64,000 nt of DNA from Paramecium tetraurelia (taxonomy: Eukaryota): the NCBI GenBank assembly GCA_000165425.1, contig CT868274.1, positions 124,001-188,000 on the forward strand, in the 5' to 3' direction. Below, piece after piece: positions 52,363 through 64,000 of the stretch. Each line of letters starts with the position of its first letter. Positions within the stretch are counted from its first letter, which is position 1. Below the pieces are notes generated by a model. The model saw only the letters and a program-made list of their open reading frames with translations, made no database searches and had not been told where the DNA came from. Position numbers and translations under genes: made by a program.

Positions 52363-52377
52363 ATTCTAGAAAATTCT
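52363..52377. promoter_or_regulatory. Candidate heat-shock element (nTTCnnGAAnnTTCn)
   Basis: aTTCtaGAAaaTTCt, a perfect three-unit inverted nGAAn array about 60 bp upstream of the HSP90 ATG. Confidence 0.7.
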
Positions 52378-53236
52378 ATTTTGAAATTTTATATAGTAAT
52401 GAAATTCTATAAGAACTTAATATAAATCTCAATTAAATTAATGTATTAATTATTCTTTATTACATTAAAATTTAAACACCATTTTGTGTTATATCCTATC
52501 TGAAATTTAATAATAAGTTATTCTCTATATTATAAAGGTTATTGTTGACTCTGTCTTTATTGTAACCAATCATTTAATGTGTCCATTTTTCTTTAGATTG
52601 TACAAATCTTATTTTTTGAATATGCATTATTTCAATTATAAATAATAATAGAATTCAATTTAAATAACAGTCAAAATATCTTAGTATTTTAATGTATTAT
52701 TTTATATTGAATATAGGATTAAAAGCTTATAAAATTTATGAGGTAAAAGTACATTCTCTAATACATAAGTTAGGTTTATGGGTAATAAAGAAAATATGTT
52801 ATAAAATAGTGATAATTTAAATATTTCAAAGATATTATTAAATGGATATCTAATCTAAATAAAATGACCTATTAAATTAACCCTAAGGATTGTGAATCAT
52901 AAGATTAATTAAGATATGTTTAAAATAAAACACATATCTCAGTTAAAAATATTACGAAGGCTCTTTGATTTGCAATCAACGAATTTATAAATAATAAAAA
53001 TGAGGTTTTATCAAATTTTATTATTGTAGAAGTCTGAGAACTAAATGGCTTTAAGAAGGAGAGGGTGTAATGATTAGGCGTATTGAGATCTATGGATATA
53101 ATCCTACATTTATATGGGGATGGTTGAATTAGAGATATTTTATTTAGGGAATTAAAAATGATAAGGAATTGCTTATAAAAATGTGCCTAAATAATTAATA
53201 AAAAGATTTAAATAAAAAATCAAATTTTTATCAGGA

Positions 53237-53910
53237 ATGGCAGCAAATAAGTTCTGGAAAAAAAGTGAAGTAAGAGTATATGTTCAATAATGAGTTAACA
53301 AATTTGGAATAATAAGTTGGTGTTGCATTGACCTAAATCGAGCAATCAGTCACAGAAGCCAAGAATCTTAAGGTTTCATCAGTTGTTGATTATACAGCAA
53401 AAATCAATGCTAAGAAGTAAGTTTATTTAGTATTCATCCCCCATCCATGCTTATCAATCTACAATAAAGTGAGGTATCCATATGTGTAAATTGCTTAGCT
53501 CAAAATTATTACCAGAATTAGAGAAGAGATTGAAGGCAACAATATTGGTTGTTGCAAAGAGAACAATTGAAAGCAAGTGGGTTAAAAGTCACAGATCTCA
53601 AACAAGACCAAATTCAAGAACACTCACATCTGTCTATGATGGACTTCTTGATGATCTTGTTGCACCATCTACCATCTTGGGAAGAAGAACAAGAGTTAGA
53701 GTCGATGGCACTAAATTCTATAGAATGTACTATTCAATATTCACAATTAGCTTTTTGGATGAATAAGATAAAAATGAAGTCGAACCAAGACTCGATGCAA
53801 TCAAAGCTGTCTATAAATTATTAACAACAAGAGAATTAGAATTTGAATTCAGAAGAGACGATGTCTTCTACTCAAAAAGAGGTGGAGCCAAGAAAGCAAC
53901 AAAAAAATGA
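53237..53910 (+). CDS. RPS7: 40S ribosomal protein S7 (eS7)
   Basis: LLPELEKRL...VAKRTI...QTRPNSRTLTSVYDGLLDDLVAPSTILGRRTRVRVDG...AVYKLLTTRELEFEF. Three introns. Confidence 0.95.
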
Positions 53911-54029
53911 TGAGCATTAATATTTTAGTACAATATAATAAATACACCAAATAAAACATTAATTTTATTCTTTTAACATCATTCTATTTCATAAATTTAT
54001 TTTAGAACATATAAAGAATAAGTAAATAA

Positions 54030-56287
54030 TCATTGTTATAAATTTGTTTTAGTATACAGAACCCTTCTTAGAGTATCCGAGGTCATCCCTCTCCTTCTGG
54101 AGTTGTTCTGATTTTAATGAAAGTCTATAAGTTTCGATAATTTAAAGATAGTTTATACTTCAGCACCCAACTTACTAATTATTTATTTGCTCAAATTACT
54201 ACAAATAGACTGGTCTTGATCATTCTCTGCCTCTTGCAGTACATCATCATAAGCCTTGGAATAGATTAATAATGAATACAGAATAAATCTTTGCATACAT
54301 CTTCGCATCTGCTTAGAGATTGTAGTGTATTTTATTTAAGGATTCCAACTCTTGGGAGGTATCATCCCTGAAATTAAAGATAACCCTTACTATTTAGTGT
54401 TATTACTTCTTGTTCTTTCTTCAACCACTGTCCTATTAAATACCTCTTTAGTATTGTCTAAGGATATCAAAGGTTTTGGAGCAAAATTGAACATCAATAG
54501 TTGTTGCTGAGAGAAAATCACTTCTTTAAGTTTCTCTAAGTCATTTAGTTTTGTTAGTATATTAAATAGATCTATTTATTCAGTGATTTGATCTCTAATT
54601 AAATGAATATGCAATTTACATAGCTTTGTTCATCAATTAAATATGTTTTTTATGTCTAAATACCTTTTAGCAAGTCAAAAAATTGATTAACATTTGAAAT
54701 GTCATTAAGATTGGTTATGATCTTTAAATTAAATTTTAAATTTATAATTAGAAATATTCTAATCCATTTGAACAGTTTAACTTAAATGCCATAGCTTCCT
54801 ATTCATAAATAAACTTATTCTTTTTCATCATATTTTCTGTTTATTATTTTAATGGATTCCGTTTTTGTGATTATGGACTTATTTATTCACTGAACTTCAG
54901 TAACTCATTTTTTGACTTTTAATTTATCGTACTTTGATGCATAGGCTATATCTCCAAATCTATATCAGAGTTTCGAGGTTTATCCTATTGTGGCACCTTA
55001 TCTTGTTTATAATGTATCATTTAATTCACCAACTCTAAATTGTCTTAATAATATTTCTCTTTTTGAAAAGATACCAAAGTGAATTCATACAATTTATTCG
55101 CTAATTCAACTAGGACTATATAACATTAAAGTAATTAATACGTTGGAATCTGTTGTATATTGTTAAGATAGTCCCAATAAAGAAAATGAAGATCTATTGA
55201 ATACCTCCTAGATTGGATAATAATTCATCTATTTTCAAATATTTCCTAAATATTTTAATTTTATAAGGACTCTTCCTGATCTAGATTTGTACATAAGATT
55301 AAACTGAATTATTTTGAATTTCAGTTCTCTCTTTGATTTCTGATTGATCTAGTGTGTAGAATTATGAATGTTCCAAATAACTAAAAGGAAATAGGCTTTG
55401 ATCATTGGTGACTTCGTATTCTTTGATAAATAGATCTACAGACTTATATATATTCGAGGGAAGAAATCTAAAAAAGAATGAATCGTCCAAAAATGTTTGC
55501 AAATAATTATCTTCTGGTTTGTAGGGATTTAAAATCTAAATGATTCTATTATGTACTTTATTGATTGGAAACAACTTAATTTTGAATGCCCCATTTTTAT
55601 CAATCTCTTGTTGTAATTCTTCATTTGAAGCACAATTTGTTTTATTGGAACATTAATGTACTTGAATTTTCAAATAATCAAATTCTAAATCTAGAAAAGC
55701 AATATTTATTTTAAATACTTGAATAAGTTCCCTAAATTGAAATTGTTTAGTTATAGCTATAAAAATAAATTAAAACACTTACTCGAAGCACAAAAAATCA
55801 TATAATTTAAATTGGTTGAATTAGTCTGTCATGTCTCGTCCAAATTAAGAGAATATTTTATTAAAACGATCTAAAGTACAAGGTATCAATTTAATTTCTT
55901 TTTCTATTTAAATTACCGACCCATTCAAAAATTTTTGAACATGATACTAATGTATTTTAATGTCGTAAAAAGGGTTAGATAAAAAATTATCCTAATCTAT
56001 TTGAACAGCGAATAAAAAAAATGAATCGTCAATTAGTGACAATGATGGAATTTCTTCAAATTCAGTTAAAACAGTTGCACTTAAACTTTCCTTGTTGAAA
56101 AAGGATCTAATATTGGATGAGAAGATCAAAATTAATATTATTAGCAATAATAAGGAGGAGCATCCCCCGAAAACAGTTTTATAAGAGCTCTGCCTATTCA
56201 TTCTTAATGTGATCGATTATCCAAATATATCCAATTTTGAGATCCCTTAAAATAAAAGAGCTTATTACAATTGCCGATTCTTTTCAT
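54030..56287 (-). CDS. Two-TM membrane protein with large Cys-containing loop (ciliate-type LDIFG...KT.FGG family)
   Basis: KLDIFGQSITLRMNRQSSYKTVFGGCSSLLLLIILILIF (TM1), a loop with several Cys, then KIDELLSNLGGIQQIFIFFIGTIL (TM2) and a long tail. The 3' end is approximate. Confidence 0.75.
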
Positions 56288-56706
56288 ACTGTAATACAAC
56301 GCTTTTAATATATTAATTAATAAACTATCTATTTTTGGGTGTGTGTGCCAAGATGCAAGTGTGTAAAAATACTAAAATGTAGTAAATTATCAAAATCACA
56401 TTCCTCCTTTCTTTCTAGAAGTTCATTATATAAATTCTCATTTTAAGGTTTGGTTTCTAAATTATTTCTATTTATAATTTAGGACCTAAGTAAATTGTTA
56501 CTTAAGGCAATTTTATCCTCAAGAAATGAAAATGACTTAATTTAAGCATCTATTTAGAAATTAATTGATTGAAATTATAATAAATAATCTGCAGCCCATA
56601 TTTGTGGACGAGTTTAAAAATTGTAAAGTTCATATATATATTAAATTAAGTAATATATTATAAATTATATATATTATATCATCATTTTATATTATTAAAA
56701 TTATTA

Positions 56707-58975
56707 ATGAGAGTTAGAGGTCCACCAAAAGAGCAAGAATCGATGGGGAAATCTTTAGATAATAACTCAGTTCATAAAAAGAGATAAGAATTGTGGGAAA
56801 AGTAAATGGGGTCAAATTAAGCATGCTAAGGATATGTCTCTAATACTCAGGGAAGTGCAGAGTCTGGAATAAAATAGTTTTTATCATCAATGAGGAAAAA
56901 TGGAAGCTTTCAATAGATCGATAGCCAATTTAGACCCAATGTCACAGAAAATGAAAATGAAACACCCAATAAATCATAACTGAAGGTTACAGACACATAA
57001 TTATTGACTCCATTGCAAAAAAATGCATAAAAAAATCAAACAACTTATGATATCTTGTCATAGATCTACGAATTACAAAATAGAAAGAGTAGAAATTAAT
57101 CACTTTTGGAAGAATTAATGAGAAAAACTAAATAGGCTAATGATAATCTAACGTTCCAGAGAATACTACAGAGGAAAAAGTACTATAAAAGATCTCAGAG
57201 ATGTTAATCAGTGGCTTAGAAAGAATATGAATTAGAATAACTAAAAGGCTAATTGATTTAAGTGAAATAAGTGCAGGTTCAACCAATCTAAAAGGAATAG
57301 ACTCCTAAGTAATAGGAGAAATTGGTTCCACTTTTGATTAGAAAGGAGAAGACTAAAAGTCCCCCATCGAAAGATAATGATAGAAAGAAAGTGCAAGGTC
57401 CAATTTGCAAAGCCAAAAAAATAGTGATTGATGATACTAGATTTTGGGATATTGGATTTACTAAATTTATATAGAATCCAAGTTATCAGGAAATCAATTA
57501 ATTAATTAATTTCTGTAATGGCATTTAAGTGACACCGGCCTTACATTAAAAATATTATAAGTTGTTTGTAGGTAGAGGCAATAATCATATGATGATCAAA
57601 GGAATATTTAATTTAAGGCCATAATGGAGTATTGCAAATTCAATAGATGACGATGCTGAAATCAATTTTGTATGGACTCAAAAATTCATTGATTTGCAAC
57701 CTTCAGAAATTAAACCAATTCCTCAAACTATCATATCTGAGGAGATTAATAGTTGGATTGACTCTTAGTAAATGAGTTTGATAAGATAGGCTTGGGACAA
57801 GGTTGAAGGTAAATCTAAAAAGAAACTAAATGAATATAATATAGACAGTCCATCTATCTTAAATAATGTAGATTATTTTATTGATATTTAAAGTTACACA
57901 ATTACAAAGAATTAATTCAATTAAATCATTAGACTATGAACATACGCATACACAACCATCTCAAAGGAGGCTATCAATTAGGTGATAAGAAATGGCTCTT
58001 CCATAATCTCTCCGAATATTGTTCAGAATAGAGTATTGATGTATGGAATTACATTCCATTAACTTATCATATTCATGGACCAACAGACCGAGAGTTCATT
58101 AATTTTTAATAAACATTCTAGCATCTGGCATTGGATAAGGATATTAAAAATATATGGATCATAAAACCAGGAGAGGATAGTAATAGAGGCAATGGAATTA
58201 AAGGTACTCATATTAATATTAGCATTTATAGTAACAAACTAGATGTCTGAAATTACCCAACATATCACTCAACAAGGTCATACTTTCATTCTTTAAAAAT
58301 ATATTGAAAATCCATTTTTATATCAGAAGAGAAAGTTTGATATAAGAGGGTATTGTTTAATCACTATTATGAATGGAGTTAAAAGAGGTATCCTAATCTG
58401 ATAGAAATAGTTTATTAGTTTATTGGTACAAAAAAGGCTATTTGAGAACATCAAGTAGTTTCTTCACTTTGGAATCATTAGACAATCAGAAGATCCATTT
58501 AACCAATGATGCAATTTAGAATAGGTTAAATGGCTATGGAAAATTTGAAAAAGGAAATAAAGTTTCTTATGATCAATTCTAAGCATATTTAATAGAATAG
58601 AACAAACAAAACAACACCTTATACAGTTTCGATGAATTATATGCTGATATGAAGGTATAATATTCATATTCAAGATAGGCTCTTACTAAATTGGCTTCAC
58701 AATCAGCTATTGATAAAATCACAAATGACGATCAAATTTTGGGATTCGAATTGTATGGTTTAGATTTTATGATTTCTAACAATTTCAAACCAATACTTAT
58801 TGAATTCAATACTAATCCTTGTATAGAGACTGGTTGTCCTGTCTTGACTAAGATAATTACAGGGCTAATGGAAAATCTTATGAGATTCATCATTGATCCT
58901 TTGTTTCCAGCTAAAAGAATGGGGAATGATGATTTCACGAACAAAAATGATTTTGAATTATTATTATCATGTTGA
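56707..58975 (+). CDS. Tubulin-tyrosine-ligase-like (TTLL) enzyme
   Basis: WIIKPGEDSNRGNGI, LQKYIENPFLYQKRKFDIR, HLTNDAIQ and GFELYGLDFMI...ILIEFNTNP. Subfamily (glycylase or glutamylase) not assigned. Confidence 0.92.
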
Positions 58976-59109
58976 AATATAGTAATATATGATGATTTGT
59001 AAAATAAAATTTATTAAATAAATAAATTTATTTGTCTTGCTTGAAGACTTCTAAGCTGAGTTGTAATGGTATAAAAATTTATTGTTATATTAATTTAAAT
59101 TTGAAATAA

Positions 59110-62100
59110 ATGAATTTCGATAAGAGTCTAAAAAATAGGCCAACTCTATCTTTCACAGGATTTTCACCATCTAAATCAAATATTAATATAGAGGCTTCTC
59201 GAAAGAATCTGCAAAGTTCATCCTTTGGATCACCACATCATGCATAATCTCTTGAGGTTTAATTGAAACAGGAATTTGAGGCTCAATATAATGAAAGAAT
59301 TTTAACAATGCGAAGTTTTTATGATATGAAATATTAAACACTCTTTGAAACAGTCAAAGAAGCACTTGATAAAGTAGATTTTAAATATACAAAGTTAGAT
59401 TATGAATGATGAATTAATTGATACAATGAGACAAGATATTACCTCATAAGAATTTGTTTATCAGAGGGTCAGAGAGATGTTTGAGGATATAATACTTAGT
59501 GAGAGAGAAGTCCTCATAGAAAAGCTCTCCTCCTAATATGCCTATCTCAAAATGGAATTTGGAAAAATTGAATAAGATAAAAGAAAAGTATCATTATCAT
59601 CAATTATGCAGTTAGCGATAGAGTTATAGATGATCCAGGATGAGCAAGGCGATAAAGAAGCATAGGCTTAAAACTAGGTTTAATAAGCGTAGGAGCAAAT
59701 TTCGTATTTATAACAGAATAATGATTAGCTGTAAGGATTTATTATTTAAGTTAAGGATTAACAAGGTTTCGTAATTAGAATAAAAACTGTCTTCGGCTAA
59801 TTAAACTGCTAAGGAAGTTTAGCAACTCCAGACTACTGCAAAAGAGTATAACATACTAAAGGAGGAATATGAATAATTGGTTCAAACAAATGAAAAATTA
59901 TAATTAATTAATAAATAGCAAGTTTAAGAAATAGAATAATTACATAAGATAAGTGAAAACTTGTAGTTAAAAGTATAGTAATTGAATAAAATTTATTAAG
60001 AATTAGAGGGTGAGGTGATTTCATATAAAAAAAAATCAACTGATTCTGAGTCTAAGACCTAATTTACAATTACTAATCTACAAAATTAACTAGAAGCAAT
60101 AACCTTATAATTCAATCAATAAAAGAGTGAATCTGAAAAAAGGTTGGAAAAGGAAGCGTAAACATATTAAAATGAAATCCACAAATTAAGTTAAAAATTA
60201 CAAAAGAAAAAAGAGAAATCAACATTCCACAAATAAAATGCAAAATAGTTATAAATTAGATTAGATTAGCTCATCAGAGATCATGCTGAGTAGTTATAAA
60301 ATGAAACGTAATAGTTTCAAAGAAAGATTAATGAATTGCAATCATAGAATCAACAATAATTACAATAAGCCTAAAAGTCTATTGATGATTTGAAAGAATC
60401 TCATGATAAAAACCTTTATACTTTAAGAAACTAATTTGAATAAATAAACAAACAACAATGTGATGATTCAGATAAGTAAAAAATCAACTTATTGAATGAA
60501 TTGGATCGAGTGTAAACTGAACTAGAATCTGTTGTGCTGTAATAACAATAATAAATTGAAAGCAATTATATTCCAAAGATCTAATACGAGTAGCAAGTCA
60601 ATGAATTATAAAAGAAAATATCAGACACAAATCAAAAACTTAGAGAATAAGATGCTCTTATGAAAAAACAATAGGATGAATTTGATAATTACAAGGAACA
60701 ATGGAATAGACAACAAAACAAATTGCATTTAGATGTTAAGGATAGAAATGAAATTTAAGAATAACTTTTATCAAGAGAAGAAACCATTAATAATCAAAAT
60801 AAATAGATATCTTAACTAACTTAATAAGTTAAGATGTTAGAATCTGATTATTAAAGATTGTAGGAAAGATCCAAATAATAGTTAGAATATATAGAAGAAT
60901 TGAAAAATGATGTAAGTAATCGTCAAACAGAAGTTCTTAAAATCTAAAAGTAATTAAAGCAATAGAAAGATGAACTCATGGAATAATACAGATAATTGGA
61001 GGGAGAAAACAAAACTAAAAATGATAAAGTGCAATTATTAAATTCCTAATTGGAAAGACTTTTAAACGAGTCATCTGAAAATGAAAAATTATTGAATTAC
61101 AAAAGCAAAGAACTACAATAATTAGAAGATGAACTTATGCAATATCAAAATTTCAAACGCAACGCTTAACAATTATCAGAGGAAAATGAATAATTAAGAA
61201 TCTAAATCGATAAATTAATTAACATTTAAGAGTTATAAGAATAAAAATAGGAAGATGTTAAAAGGCAATTAGATACAGAGTTAAAATAGAAGAATTAATT
61301 GGATTCTCACAATGAATCACTCATGTAAAGACATTAAAAGTATGTGAAAACTATCAAAGTAAAAATATTAATTATACCTTAGGAATAAAGAAAATATATC
61401 AAAAGAAGAATTGCTAGTGAACTCTAAAAAATGAAATAGGAACATGCTAGTCTAGAACAATACTTAAGATAAATTATTAGGATGAAAAACAATGAAGATA
61501 ATTTGTTGATTGCATCAATTGTTACAAAAGTGAAAGATTTATGGAACAGAAAGGAAATTTAACATGAAAATGAAATTGTATCAATATCAATGCTATTATA
61601 AGTTAAAAATCAGAAATGAAATATTTGATTAATATAGTGGAAGTGCATCACATTTGAGAACTGCATACGAGTAAACATTGGACGAGACATAAAAATAATT
61701 TGAATAGCAAATTGAGAATTTAAGAGATGCAAAAGAAAAGATGGAGGATGAAAATAAAGAGTTACTGCATGAATTATAGAAAGTATAAGTTATCTTAGAA
61801 GATTAATCAGCTTTGATTACAAATTTAAAGAATGAAAATAAAACATTGAAAAGCAATGGAATGCTCATTGAGAATGAATTATCGAGTACTTTGAAAAATA
61901 TGAATGATGTACTTTATTATAATTATTAATTATAGATGAAAGATTCTTTTGAGGATCAAATACAAGAATTAACCAAATAACTAAAAAAGTATGAAAGAAA
62001 ACAATAACATTAATAAGATTTGAAAGGCTAAGTTGATACATTATAAAATGAATTAGAAAAATTAAGAACTCTTAATAGATCTAATACTTAAGAGACAGAA

Positions 62101-62904
62101 AATAGAATTGCCAAGTTAGTAAAGTAACAATAATCAGAAGTTCAATTGTTAGTCAATCAATTTCAAAGAGAATAGATTAAACTTAGATAAGAATCGACTG
62201 ATCTAAAGGATCAAGTATCTTAAAATGAAGAAATTATACATAAGTTATATTAATCACTTGATGACGTGAATTAGATTGTGAATTAAAAGGATAAATAATT
62301 ACAGAATCTGATTGAGGACATTGAACAAGAAAGAGCATCTGATTAATAAAAAATAAATGAACTATAGAATAAGTTATATATTTAGATTAATATTAGATTG
62401 AGAAAAGAAGAGGATGAAATGAAAGTGGCACGATAAAAAGGTTAAAGAGATATCGAAAAGGTTCAAATACAAATAGCCTCTGCTGAATCAGAAAATAGTT
62501 AGTTTAAGATAGAGAATAAATAACTAAGGATGTAATGTGAATAATTAGCAGATGAATTAGAAAAGAAGACAAAATAATTTGATCAATTGAATCGTGAATA
62601 TGAAGATTAGAAAATAATTTAAAATTAAGAAATAGCTGATTTACACAGGTAACAATTGAAATTAATAATTAGATTGCTTAAAATACAAGTGTAAAACGAT
62701 GATATGTCAAATTATTATAGTGAAAGTAAGGAGTTGGCTTAAAGAGTTAAGGAATTATAAAAAATTAACTCATAATTCTCAGATACGAATTATCCAAGAC
62801 GTTAAGAATCATCTGTATAAAAATTTGATAGTTCTAAAAAATTAAATTCAAGTAACAACTTGAAGCCTCGCCTGCCTAATTATACTCCAATGACAAAAAA
62901 ATGA
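59110..62904 (+). CDS. Long Q/E/K-rich coiled-coil protein
   Basis: About 3.8 kb of TGA-free frame, rich in TAA/TAG/CAA/GAA codons with heptad character, broken by short introns. TGA at 62902-62904. Confidence 0.8.
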
Positions 62905-63534
62905 GGTGATAATTAAATATATATAATAAATATTTAAATCTTAAAATTTAAGATTTGATAAAATTTTCTATTTTCTATATATAATTTATTTTCATAATTA
63001 AATGAAAAAATATAATTATTTATATTATATATTACTTAAGTTATATTTGACTGTTATTTAAATTTAGTTTTGATATTTTCAACCTTCTTACCTAAATTTT
63101 TATGGGATTTTAGCTCCAATTATTTGTTCTCGAAATTGGCTGATAATTACTGTTCTCATTACCATTTGGTAAATTGTAATATAAAAGTTAGTTTGATATT
63201 CTAAAATAACTGGTGAATTAAGAACTTTATGAATCTTCATTTTAAAATAGTATAGAGGGGATTTCCTTAATTTTTAAGAATAGATTCATGTTAAATTACT
63301 ACATTTTTCGGTTTATTTTAAAAGGGAATATGATAGCTCGTTATTTGGTGTATGAAAAAAAATGGAGAAAATTGAAGTCTGAACTTGGTATTATAGGAAA
63401 TTTACGATAAAATTTATAATGATTAAGATTTATAAAAGAAAATATCAGATTATATTTTCTTTTATAATTGTGGAGATTTATATAGGAATTTCAGAACGAT
63501 TTAAAAAATTAATATTAATAATAAATTATTTCTT

Positions 63535-64000
63535 ATGTAGAAAGCAGAACAAGTTGAAGATAATCAACTACTTACAAATAAATCGACTGCAAAACCTAGT
63601 TAATAAACTGAATCACTTGCAACTTAGAAGATGGTTCCCTATAAGGAGCTTTTTAGATATGCCACATCTTCAGACAAATTTTTAATTTTGGTTGGCATCA
63701 TATCATCAGCGGGCAACGGAGTAACAATGCCAATGTTCTCTGTGATATTTGGAGATATGACTGATGCATTCTCTGGGGATGATCCAGATAAAATGCTTAG
63801 AGCTGCAGGAATAGCTGCTATGTATACATAGAGAATTAATATTTTATAGATGGTTCTTAGTTCTAGCTGGATGTTCTTGGGTGCTTTCTTTCTTAAGTTT
63901 CTCAACATTCATGATATCTGGAGAAAAACAGTGTATTAGAATGAGAAAAGAATATTTTGGAGCAATCTTGAGATAGGAAGTTGGCTGGTTTGATTCAATA
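63535..64000 (+). CDS. ABCB/MDR (P-glycoprotein-like) ABC transporter, 5' part (runs off window end)
   Basis: VPYKELFRYATSSDKFLILVGIISSAGNGVTMPMFSVIFGDMTDAF...GEKQCIRMRKEYFGAILRQEVGWFD. Confidence 0.92.

Noticed and set aside
13425..53910. Five ribosomal-protein genes as a functional cluster
   Set aside because: They are dispersed over 40 kb on both strands with only RPL19-RPS14 adjacent, and significance needs a genome-wide density test.
1..64000. Many short ORFs in the supplied track, including hydrophobic antisense ORFs (e.g. 2682-2897, 31358-31576, 31964-32233, 42793-43026, 48222-48437)
   Set aside because: They are artefacts of the standard code, being fragments or shadows of real genes read with TAA/TAG as Gln.
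1..64000. Telomeric repeats, CRISPR arrays, retained IESs, intact transposons, rRNA and tRNA
   Set aside because: No G4T2/G3T3 arrays, repeat-spacer arrays, terminal inverted repeats or structured RNA genes were seen. IES sites cannot be called from macronuclear sequence alone.

Overview
AT-rich, gene-dense ciliate macronuclear DNA, most likely Paramecium (probably P. tetraurelia). TAA/TAG encode Gln, TGA is the only stop, and introns are tiny (about 20-30 nt, GT..AG), so the supplied standard-code ORF track breaks nearly every gene into fragments. Re-reading by hand gives about 36 genes. They include an acyl-CoA oxidase tail, a PH-OSBP protein, a BRCT-DNA polymerase X, a bZIP factor, an LRRC9-like protein and two Myb factors. 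Also present are five ribosomal proteins, ESCRT-III-like genes, a RING ligase, Mei2-like and PTB-like RRM proteins, a MORN protein, an Aurora-like kinase and a DEAD-box helicase. The window ends with an acyl-CoA synthetase, HSP90 (spanning a 150-N gap), a two-TM membrane protein, a TTLL enzyme, a long coiled-coil protein and the start of an ABCB transporter. I found no tRNA, rRNA, CRISPR array or intact mobile element. Several conserved genes carry small indels, which suggests draft-assembly errors. The best leads are a possibly membrane-tethered bZIP, a DEG/ENaC-like TM2 motif, a MuDR/WRKY-like zinc finger in an intronless orphan, a degenerate PARP-like domain and the triple-frameshifted PolX. 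All coordinates and translations are manual and no database searches were run.
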